Positions 10,153-18,632 of a stretch of DNA of 58,181 bases are shown here, piece by piece. Made by a program: the position numbers and the translations under genes. Within the stretch, counting starts at the first letter, position 1, and each line of letters opens with the position of its first letter. The stretch is from positions 1 through 58,181 of IMG/VR virus record IMGVR_UViG_3300043429_000067; one strand, written 5' to 3'. Source of the DNA: a virus. Its lineage: Duplodnaviria > Caudoviricetes. Below the pieces are notes generated by a model that was given only the letters and a program-made list of their open reading frames with translations, was not told the origin of the DNA and did no database searches.

Positions 10153-10654
10153 TCCTTGGGTAATTGTCGGTATGCTGGTGTTGGTGATCAGCAGCTACTT
10201 CTACGGCCACAATCAAGGCGGCAAGGAAATGCTCGCCGCATGGAACGCTGAGAAGGCTGAAGCCAACGCCCAAGCTACCAAAGTGCTGGAGGCTGAACGT
10301 GCCAAGGTCGCCGCAAAGGAAAAGGCGCAAGCCGCTAACTTCCGGGTGGCCGAGGCACGGCTCTTACGTGAAACCAAAAAGGTGCAAGATGAGAAAGCTG
10401 CTCTTATGTCTGCCGCTCGTACTGACGGCCTGTTCGTCAACCTCGATGCCTCCGCGTGTTCAGACGGTAGTGGCTCCATGCCCGGTGCTACCAGCGGTTC
10501 CGGAAACGGTGATGGTCGAACGCGAGCCAGACTTCCTGAACAGGTTGCAGAAAGTCTTATCGGGCTCGCAGCCGACGCCGACGAAGTAGTCGTACAGTTA
10601 CAAACTTGTCAACAAATCCTGAAAGCTGAAAGGAAAGATGATGCAACTAACTGA
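10145..10654 (+). CDS. Rz: i-spanin (Rz-like)
   Basis: N-terminal TM, coiled coil, ADEVVVQLQTCQ C-terminus. Confidence 0.8.
   Translation: MPNPWVIVGMLVLVISSYFYGHNQGGKEMLAAWNAEKAEANAQATKVLEAERAKVAAKEKAQAANFRVAEARLLRETKKVQDEKAALMSAARTDGLFVNLDASACSDGSGSMPGATSGSGNGDGRTRARLPEQVAESLIGLAADADEVVVQLQTCQQILKAERKDDATN
10389..10589 (+). CDS. Rz1: o-spanin lipoprotein embedded in i-spanin (+1 frame)
   Basis: MRKLLLCLPLVLTAC lipobox; Pro-rich mature part. Confidence 0.8.
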   Translation: MRKLLLCLPLVLTACSSTSMPPRVQTVVAPCPVLPAVPETVMVEREPDFLNRLQKVLSGSQPTPTK

Positions 10655-11075
10655 GCACTTCACCCTTGAGGAACTGACCGTCAGCGAATCGGCTGCACGT
10701 CAGGGTCTGGACAACACGCCTACCGGCGAGGCATTGGAGAACCTGAAGCGGCTGGCTGAGTTTCTGGAAGATGTACGTACCTTGTTGGGTAAGCCCATCA
10801 AGATCAACTCGGCCTACCGCGCTCCCGAGGTCAACGCCGCAGTCGGCGGTTCCAAGACCAGCCAGCACTGCCTTGGCTGCGCAGCGGATATTCGGGTAAC
10901 CGGCATGACCCCAGACGAGGTGGTACGTGCCATTACGGCATCTGACTTGGACTATGACCAGTGCATCCGGGAGTTTGATAGCTGGACGCACGTATCAATT
11001 CCCAACAAAGAGGACGCAAAACCCCGTAAAATGGCCTTAATTATTGACAAGCAGGGAACCCGGAGCTTTGCATAA
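10638..11075 (+). CDS. Endolysin, peptidase M15 family
   Basis: SAYR..N..VGG...SQH...AAD and WTHVS Zn-ligand motifs. Confidence 0.85.
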   Translation: MMQLTEHFTLEELTVSESAARQGLDNTPTGEALENLKRLAEFLEDVRTLLGKPIKINSAYRAPEVNAAVGGSKTSQHCLGCAADIRVTGMTPDEVVRAITASDLDYDQCIREFDSWTHVSIPNKEDAKPRKMALIIDKQGTRSFA

Positions 11076-13502
11076 ATGGCCGCTGTCAAGATAATCAACT
11101 TCCTCGGTACGGCTCCGAAAATATCCCCGGAGCTTCTACCGAACACAGCAGCGCAGGTAGCAAATAACTGCAAGCTGTACTCAGGAGACTTGATCCCATA
11201 TCCGCAACCTGTGGTGGTAGCAAACACCCAGCGCACGGGCGTGATCAAGACGTTGTTCGCGCTTCGCGATCCTGATACAGACGCGCTGAAATGGTTGTCT
11301 TGGCTGACTGATGTGGACATTGCAGTTGCGTCCGCAAACGAAGACGGTGAGCAACGCTTCTACTACACCGGTGACGGTAAGCCCAAGGTCAGTACGTATG
11401 AGTTGGCAACAGAGGGTACTCCTCCGTACCCGATCAATTACTACGATCTTGGCTTACCAGTCCCTCCGGATTCGGCGCAGCTAACTACAACGGCTTCGAC
11501 GTTTACTCAAAAAACGAGCAGCACGATTGCGCGAGACGCCGGTAATATCGTCACGTTGGTGACCTCGGCAGCGCATGGTTTGCGCACGGGTAATACGATT
11601 ACTGTCTCCGGCTTCGCGTTCCGTACGGGTACTTATAGCCAGTCGGGTACTACAGTCACAGTAACGATTAACGGACATGGGCTATCCAATGGTGCGTCCG
11701 TCACACTGGACTTCACATCTGGCACAACAACCGATGGTACGTTCACGATCACGGGCGTCACGACAAATACGTTTACCGTAACGGCGTCTGCGTCTGCGTC
11801 CACCAGTGGTAACGTAAGCTGGGATATTCGTGGTTTTAATGCTGTAAACGTAGAGTGCACCGTAGTCAATAGCACGACGCTCACCTACTTCAGCCCCGGA
11901 CCACAGGTAACTACGACCTCTACGTCTGATGGTAAGGTTGATCTTGGCGGTCTGACCCAAGCGAGATCGTATGTGTTCACGTGGTTCACCCCATGGGACG
12001 AGGAGTCGATTGCATCTAAGCCTTCGGAGAACCTGTATATCAAAGAAGGTATAACGGTAACGGTAAGTAATCTCCCAACAGTGAAGCCAACCGGCAATAA
12101 CTTTGTGCGTGGAGTGCGGCTGTATCGTACGCTGGCGTCTGCGTCCGGTACTGAATACTATCGATTGGCGACTCTTTGGTTCCCAACGGCGCTATCTCGT
12201 GTAGAACGTACTACTAACGTATCAAAAGTAACGACGCTGTATCCACACAACTTAGCCGTAGACGACCGCTTTAAAATCAGTGGGTGTACTGACGCGACGT
12301 TTGATATTACTGGCGGTATAGTTACTGATGTTATCGACGCCTACACTTTTGAATATTCACAAGCCGCAGCCAACGTAGCAGATACTGCCGTTGCCGCTGG
12401 TACGCTGTACCATGACGTATCTGAAGACCCGCCAACGTCTACCGCACGATACTGGGGCGACGGATCATATAACTTTACCGATGATTTTGATTCTCGATCG
12501 TTGTTCGACATTCTTGGCTCGGATGAGTACGATGCCCCGCCAGAAAATTTGAAGGGACTGACTTCCGCCCAGAACAACATCTTGGTAGGGTTCGTGGGCA
12601 ACCAATTGTTTTTCTCTGAACCGGGTGTGCCCCATGCTTGGCCAGCGCGGTACGCAGTAACACTACCCTATGACATCGTCGGCATCGCGGCGATCAGTGG
12701 TTCTATGCTGATAACCACCGTATCCTATCCGTATATCATTTCAGGTTCTGATCCGGCTGCGGGCATGTCAGTATCGCGTATTGATGCGCTGTATCCATGC
12801 CTGAATGCTAAGAGTATGGTGACGATGGGCTATGGCATTGTGTACTCTACACACGATGGACTTGCGGTATTCTCACCCGGCAGTGGTCCGACAATTATTA
12901 CCAAACTGCTGTACAACAACGATACATGGGAGACTGCAGTTGATCCCGCTACAGTCGTCGCGGAGTATTACGGGGATAGCTACGTAGCGTCTCACTCCGG
13001 CGGTGGACTGGTGTTTGACCGGGATGAAAAGGTTGGCGGATTTTTTGTAGACACAGACTACACATTCACTGCGTCTTGGTACGATGCTATCGCTGGCAAG
13101 CTGTACTACGTCTTTGGTGAGAACGGCGACATCTACGAGTGGAATGATCTAGCCCAACCGATGGTTACGCAGACATGGAAGTCTAAGGTGATCAATACCA
13201 AAGATATGATCAACCTTGGGGCTGCGCGGATCATTGCCGACTATGGGGATACGACTTCCGTGTGGGACGAAACAACCACGCAGTGGCAAACCACTACGGA
13301 TACATGGGACGCTCCCGATGCGATTACGTTCAAACTATGGGTAGACAAGGAACTGATCTACACCACTGTTGTGAACGACGATAATACGTTCCGTATGCCC
13401 ACCGGCTATCGGTCTGATACGTTTGAGATAGAGGTAAGCGGCAATATCCGAGTACGGGCGGTACATCTTGGGGAGACTCCGCTAAGTCTCAGGGAGGCAT
13501 AA
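11076..13502 (+). CDS. Tail nozzle/DNA-stabilisation protein with inserted HGL beta-barrel domains
   Basis: GFVGNQLFFSEP..PHAWP motif; three HGL/HNL repeats; lies before ejection proteins. Confidence 0.7.
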   Translation: MAAVKIINFLGTAPKISPELLPNTAAQVANNCKLYSGDLIPYPQPVVVANTQRTGVIKTLFALRDPDTDALKWLSWLTDVDIAVASANEDGEQRFYYTGDGKPKVSTYELATEGTPPYPINYYDLGLPVPPDSAQLTTTASTFTQKTSSTIARDAGNIVTLVTSAAHGLRTGNTITVSGFAFRTGTYSQSGTTVTVTINGHGLSNGASVTLDFTSGTTTDGTFTITGVTTNTFTVTASASASTSGNVSWDIRGFNAVNVECTVVNSTTLTYFSPGPQVTTTSTSDGKVDLGGLTQARSYVFTWFTPWDEESIASKPSENLYIKEGITVTVSNLPTVKPTGNNFVRGVRLYRTLASASGTEYYRLATLWFPTALSRVERTTNVSKVTTLYPHNLAVDDRFKISGCTDATFDITGGIVTDVIDAYTFEYSQAAANVADTAVAAGTLYHDVSEDPPTSTARYWGDGSYNFTDDFDSRSLFDILGSDEYDAPPENLKGLTSAQNNILVGFVGNQLFFSEPGVPHAWPARYAVTLPYDIVGIAAISGSMLITTVSYPYIISGSDPAAGMSVSRIDALYPCLNAKSMVTMGYGIVYSTHDGLAVFSPGSGPTIITKLLYNNDTWETAVDPATVVAEYYGDSYVASHSGGGLVFDRDEKVGGFFVDTDYTFTASWYDAIAGKLYYVFGENGDIYEWNDLAQPMVTQTWKSKVINTKDMINLGAARIIADYGDTTSVWDETTTQWQTTTDTWDAPDAITFKLWVDKELIYTTVVNDDNTFRMPTGYRSDTFEIEVSGNIRVRAVHLGETPLSLREA

Positions 13503-13849
13503 TGGCACGGTTTACCGCAATCCCTAACATACCGCAGACAGGACTTACCGATTGGCAGTTCAATACGTTGAACGCTATGAAGGAAAACCTAGAACTGCTG
13601 ACAGGGGCGCGTAACGAAAAGGACAGCAGTAGCCGCGCATTGACAAAATCAACAGTCACCGTGGCACCTGCTCCGACGCAAACTATGCAACGTGTAACTG
13701 CTGAAGGCGCTGGGTTCACTATCAGCAATGTAAATGTCCCGTCGTTGGCTGATTATGAGAAGCTGCTAATTAACGTACAGCAACTTGCCAATGATGTTGC
13801 CTCGTTACGTAACACCGTCAACACTTTGATCCAACAACTTAAGGCTTGA
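13502..13849 (+). CDS. Tail-associated protein with C-terminal coiled coil
   Basis: TAATG coupling; heptads at C-terminus. Confidence 0.55.
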   Translation: MARFTAIPNIPQTGLTDWQFNTLNAMKENLELLTGARNEKDSSSRALTKSTVTVAPAPTQTMQRVTAEGAGFTISNVNVPSLADYEKLLINVQQLANDVASLRNTVNTLIQQLKA

Positions 13850-13857
13850 GGTCTATC

Positions 13858-14613
13858 ATGAACGATCAATTCACCACCACTTCTATGGACCTGCCGCCCG
13901 CGCTGGCCAGCATTATGAACATGGGCTCCCAGCCTATACCGTCTACCCAGATGAACCCGAACTTCGGATTGTCTGGGGCTATGGGCGGCGGCCAGTCATT
14001 TATCCCTCAATACGAGCAGGGCGGTATGATTGGCCCCGGTGGTATGCCCCAGCCAACAGGCGTTGGAGTGCAGGAGGGCGGGATGCCTCAAGGTGGTATG
14101 AGTCCGCAGATGATCGAGATGCAGGTGAACCAGTTCGCCGCGCAGAATCCACAACAAGTACAGCAAATTTCTCAGGCTGTTCTTCAGGCCATGCAGAGTG
14201 GCGAGATCACGATGGACGAGATCAATATGGCCGAGCAGTTGGCCAAGGTAGCTATCCAGAACCCTGAGATGTACCCGTACATCCGAAACTTCCTGATCCA
14301 GCAGGGTGTCGCTACCGAAGAAACTATGTCCCCACAGTTCGACGCAGGATTGCTGTTTATTGTCCTATTAGCAATACGATCTGTTCGGCAGGGCACAGCC
14401 CAGACTGCCACCGGTGGTGTGCCAATGGGTATGCAGGGTAACCCGCCAATCCCCTCGATGGCAAAAGGCGGTCCGGTACCGCAGTCAAAAAAAGATGACG
14501 GGGGTGTACTGATTAACGCACATGAGGGAGAATACGTCATCCCGAAGAACGTCGTGCAGATGAAGGGCAGGGAGTTCTTCGATAACCTCGTGGAGAAATA
14601 CAAGGAAAGCTGA
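13858..14613 (+). CDS. Met/Gln/Gly-rich virion-associated protein
   Basis: GAGG RBS; MAKGG and AHEGEYVIPKNVV motif. Confidence 0.6.
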   Translation: MNDQFTTTSMDLPPALASIMNMGSQPIPSTQMNPNFGLSGAMGGGQSFIPQYEQGGMIGPGGMPQPTGVGVQEGGMPQGGMSPQMIEMQVNQFAAQNPQQVQQISQAVLQAMQSGEITMDEINMAEQLAKVAIQNPEMYPYIRNFLIQQGVATEETMSPQFDAGLLFIVLLAIRSVRQGTAQTATGGVPMGMQGNPPIPSMAKGGPVPQSKKDDGGVLINAHEGEYVIPKNVVQMKGREFFDNLVEKYKES

Positions 14614-15092
14614 TGACCCAGACACCCGGCGCAGACCCGATACCGCTGAACGAGTACGAACCTCTACTACTAAGTACTCCAGAACACTTTGAGAAATACT
14701 GGTCGGCGGCAAGACCTTTGATCGAGAAGTGTGTGCGTAGGGCGATGCACGGGGAGATAACGGTAGACGACATCAGAATACTTGCACAGCAACAGCAGTT
14801 CTATATTTTTGTTGTGAAGTGCGACAAGACGATCGTACCCAGTGTGAAACTGGTGGTGGTGTTAGACATCGTGGATTACCCAAGGTTAGCGGCATTGAAT
14901 GTAATGGCACTAGCCGGGTCTGATCTGGATTACTTCTATAGGAAGTACTGGAAGAAACTATGTGGATGGGCTTACATGAATGGAGTGCGAGTGATGGAGG
15001 GATGGGTCGCACCCGGCATGGAGCGTGTCATATCGAGATACAACTTCAAACGTGCATACATGTTGATGCGCTATGATCTGACGGAGGACTAA
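14613..15092 (+). CDS. GNAT-like acyltransferase (T7 gp13 position)
   Basis: Size, position before ejection proteins, DYPRLAALNVMALAG...EGW pattern. Confidence 0.5.
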   Translation: MTQTPGADPIPLNEYEPLLLSTPEHFEKYWSAARPLIEKCVRRAMHGEITVDDIRILAQQQQFYIFVVKCDKTIVPSVKLVVVLDIVDYPRLAALNVMALAGSDLDYFYRKYWKKLCGWAYMNGVRVMEGWVAPGMERVISRYNFKRAYMLMRYDLTED

Positions 15093-16532
15093 ATGTCTAT
15101 CACCACTCGCGCTCCATACGGGGCAGAACTTGACTATATGCCAGCAGAGGCGTTCAAGTTAAACCCTATTGCACGGGCATTTGGCCAACAACCTGATTTG
15201 TACGGCGGTGGTAAGAAGGGCGGTGGCGGTAAAGGCACTGTCGGTAAAATCCTCACTGTAGCTACTATGGTGGCAGTCCCTCACGTTGGGGCGGCGGTCG
15301 CATCATCAATTGGGGCGTCCTCTGCACTTGCAGTCACCGCGACACAGGCAGCCGTTGGCGCCGCAATGGGCGGCCTATCTGCGTACGCAACCGGAGGTAA
15401 TGTCAGACAGGGTGCATTGATGGGCGGTGTACTTGGAGGTATCAGTGGATACAACGCAGTGCCCTCTGCACCTAATACATCAACAATCACGGGCCAAGCT
15501 GGTGCAGCCGGTTACGGAGGCGGTGGTTATGGCACGATCCCAGCGGGTGGTGTATCGCCCATTGCAGCCGCACCAGCGGCAGGACTTACTGCAGCACCTG
15601 AAACTATTGGGCAAACCTATGGCGGCCTTGGTGCCCAGCCCGTTGGTCTTGCAGATGCTGGTGTGATGTCGACGTTCACAAACGCGCCCGTTCAGACATT
15701 TGCGAACGTCGCCCCCGGCCAGATTGGGCAATCATATGGAACGATAGCTACTGCACCCGCAGCTACACCGACAACTGCTGCACTGACTGCTGATCAGATT
15801 GGTGCGTCATATGCGTCAATGGCTCCGGGTGCAGCAACTGCACCAATCACTACAACTGCAGCCGCACCCGCTGTTGGTACAGGCGCAGGTACAGGGGTAG
15901 GTACAGAGTCTACCGGCTTTATTAAAGCCCTCAAGGACGTCCCCGGTAAAATTGCTGAACGATTCTCCAACTCTGAAAAACTTGCCGACATGACGCTGAA
16001 AGCCGCCGGATTATTGGCGGGCTCGTACATCATGCAGCCGGAGATACCGCAAGGCGAGCAAGACATGCTTAACGCACAGGTAGCAGAACTCCAGAAACTC
16101 CGTGATTCAAATGAAGCACTGTTTAAGCAGCGTCTTGAACAAGCACAGTCGCTTATCGGTGAGTCCAAGTACTTCGACCCAGAGTACTTCGGCCTACAAC
16201 GTGCACGTCGTGCACAGCTTTCCGCTGGTCGCGCTAAACGCGCAGGTCTGCGCGGTCTGACTGGGGCAGCGCGTGAAGCTGAAGCGCGTCGTTTTGATCT
16301 GGCTGCTGGCCGTGATGTAGGCACTGCCTACGATGTGGGTTATGGTCAAGGCATTTCTGGTCGTCTACAGACCCAACAGGCGGGTCTGGCTGCGATGCCA
16401 GCAGCGTACCCCGGTTCTGCGTTTGATGCAGGTTCTTCACTTATGACGCAGTATGCTTCGGCTACCAACCGTGCACGGACGCAGTCTGAGCGTGAGCGAC
16501 AAGCCGCCGGTAGCTTATTCGGAATGATCTAA
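15093..16532 (+). CDS. Internal virion/ejection protein 1
   Basis: Gly-rich N-terminal segment, hydrophobic A/G helices, Gln-rich coiled coil. Confidence 0.6.
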   Translation: MSITTRAPYGAELDYMPAEAFKLNPIARAFGQQPDLYGGGKKGGGGKGTVGKILTVATMVAVPHVGAAVASSIGASSALAVTATQAAVGAAMGGLSAYATGGNVRQGALMGGVLGGISGYNAVPSAPNTSTITGQAGAAGYGGGGYGTIPAGGVSPIAAAPAAGLTAAPETIGQTYGGLGAQPVGLADAGVMSTFTNAPVQTFANVAPGQIGQSYGTIATAPAATPTTAALTADQIGASYASMAPGAATAPITTTAAAPAVGTGAGTGVGTESTGFIKALKDVPGKIAERFSNSEKLADMTLKAAGLLAGSYIMQPEIPQGEQDMLNAQVAELQKLRDSNEALFKQRLEQAQSLIGESKYFDPEYFGLQRARRAQLSAGRAKRAGLRGLTGAAREAEARRFDLAAGRDVGTAYDVGYGQGISGRLQTQQAGLAAMPAAYPGSAFDAGSSLMTQYASATNRARTQSERERQAAGSLFGMI

Positions 16533-16543
16533 GGGAGCCCATC

Positions 16544-18628
16544 ATGGCTGTGTCTTTAGGAAGTCTTCTCGCCGGTGCCGGAGATATCGGCAAGGCCATG
16601 TACGAGCAGCAAAATACAATGCGGCAGTACGAGCGCGACAAAATTGCGCTGGACGAATTACGCCGTAGTGAAGCACTGCGCCGTGAGATGCTGAACGCCC
16701 CCATGCCGACACAGGTACCGGCGTTTGACTTTGGCGCTGGTGTACCGATGGAGAACATCGCTCCACCTCCTGCTGCTCCGGGCGCTCCTGCCCCTACACC
16801 AGCGGTATCAGATGGCTTTACTGCACTCGACCCCAACAGTCCACAAGCTCGTGCGCTGTACCAGCAGCGGTTTGAGCGGCTACGCGCCGAGCAGTCCAAA
16901 GCTGCAGGTGTGCCGTTGGCTGTTGAAGGTGCACCGAGTCGCGCCGGTATTACTCCTGCTCCGGGCGTCACACAGGTCAATCCAGAAGGTTCGCGCTTTA
17001 CCCAGTGGTATCAAGGTAACACCGCACAGAACCAAGTAACAGCACAACGCCAGAACATCCAGATGTCATTGGTTACTGGTGAGTATGGCGGTCCCGGCTC
17101 TGCCCCGATCCGAAACATCTATGGTTTCTTCGCTGATGATCCCAATACGGCCAAGGCTCGTGAACGTGCAGGGCTTGCTGCTGATTGGTATGGTTCGGAT
17201 ACAGCGGACAAGTACTTCCAGCAGAATCCCAACATGCTGGCGGAAGCACAGAAAGACCCAGTCGGTTTCTATGAGAAGGTATCTAAAGGTCAGAAGGCAC
17301 TGAAGACCGCAGTGGAACCTCAGCCGCTACCTGCCACCAAGAAAGCACTGAAGTACGACCAGACAAAGACCGAGTATGATGATCTGATCATGCAGAGCGC
17401 CCAGCAGTACGGTGTCGATCCTGTGATCTTCAAGCGCCTGATCGGTAGTGAGTCATCGTTTCAAGCTGACCCAACTGCGAACCGTAAGACTGCGCGGGGT
17501 ATTGCCCAGATTCATGTCAACAACATCAAAGCTGGCATGATCAGTCTGCAGGACTCGCTGAATCCGCAAGTAGCTATCCCCTTTGCAGCACAGTTGTTCT
17601 CCCGCTATCTGCAGGAGTCCGGCGGTAGTTATGAACAAGCCCTGCAAAAATACAAAGGCGCAGTGTCGATGCGCGGTAAGCAGTCAATGTCTGGTGTGAT
17701 CAACGATATTCTGTCTGGTACACAAACCCCTGCTGCACCTGTGGCACCACTGGGGGCAAACCAAGTAGCCGCAACAACCGACATCCAGAACCCATTCATA
17801 TCTTCTGCACAGGCCGCAACCCCTGCACCTGCTGCACCTGCTGCACCGGCAGCCGCGCCTACTCGTCAAGCTCAGGCTGATGCTTCATCGTTCTATCTAG
17901 CCAACCCGCAGTCAATCCCGATGGATATGCAACGCGCCAACCAGATGCGGGATGAGATGGCACGACTGGCCACGATGTACCAACGATCTGGTATGGGCGC
18001 TCAATATATGGAAGCCCGTATGAAGGTACTTGAGTTGGACAACAACATGACCTATCTGCAGGGTATGCAGGGGCTCCAAGAATTCTCTCTTGCCAACGAC
18101 CCTCGTCGCCTTGCTGCTGTATGGAGCCAGTACGCTGGTGTGCCGGTGGGTATTCAGCCGCGTAGCGATGGTACGTTCAACATCATCGTCAACGGTAAGA
18201 AGACTAAAGAAGGTATCAGTGCTTCTGACATCTCAGACGCTGCCCGCTCCGCATTCGACCAGACTTATCGCCAGCAGAAAGCTGAGACGGCTAAGACTAT
18301 GGGCATCGAAAGCTTCAAGAAGCAACTCGACGCACAGGTGGAAGCTGTCAAGCAGAACGCTCAGATGATCCGCGAAGCCACGGTCGAAGCTATCAAGGGT
18401 CGCAACAAGGTCATGGAGGTTCGCCTTGGCCGCGAGGACTTCGAGATCAAACCGATCGGAGATGGCACTGCTCGTGCATGGGTATCCAACAAGGCTGGCA
18501 CTGCGCTTGGTATGATCGATGCCAACACCGGGCAGTTCGTAGAGATGGACGGTTTGAAGATTCCCAAGCCGCCGACTTACACAGGAGTTCGTGGCGCTCC
18601 CGCTGGCGTATCCGGAAACGTGAGGTAA
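16544..18628 (+). CDS. Internal virion/ejection protein 2 with lytic transglycosylase (SLT) domain
   Basis: YGVDP..LIGSESS, ARGIAQI, AAQLFSRYL..GGSYEQALQKY motifs. Confidence 0.75.
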   Translation: MAVSLGSLLAGAGDIGKAMYEQQNTMRQYERDKIALDELRRSEALRREMLNAPMPTQVPAFDFGAGVPMENIAPPPAAPGAPAPTPAVSDGFTALDPNSPQARALYQQRFERLRAEQSKAAGVPLAVEGAPSRAGITPAPGVTQVNPEGSRFTQWYQGNTAQNQVTAQRQNIQMSLVTGEYGGPGSAPIRNIYGFFADDPNTAKARERAGLAADWYGSDTADKYFQQNPNMLAEAQKDPVGFYEKVSKGQKALKTAVEPQPLPATKKALKYDQTKTEYDDLIMQSAQQYGVDPVIFKRLIGSESSFQADPTANRKTARGIAQIHVNNIKAGMISLQDSLNPQVAIPFAAQLFSRYLQESGGSYEQALQKYKGAVSMRGKQSMSGVINDILSGTQTPAAPVAPLGANQVAATTDIQNPFISSAQAATPAPAAPAAPAAAPTRQAQADASSFYLANPQSIPMDMQRANQMRDEMARLATMYQRSGMGAQYMEARMKVLELDNNMTYLQGMQGLQEFSLANDPRRLAAVWSQYAGVPVGIQPRSDGTFNIIVNGKKTKEGISASDISDAARSAFDQTYRQQKAETAKTMGIESFKKQLDAQVEAVKQNAQMIREATVEAIKGRNKVMEVRLGREDFEIKPIGDGTARAWVSNKAGTALGMIDANTGQFVEMDGLKIPKPPTYTGVRGAPAGVSGNVR

Positions 18629-18632
18629 CAAC

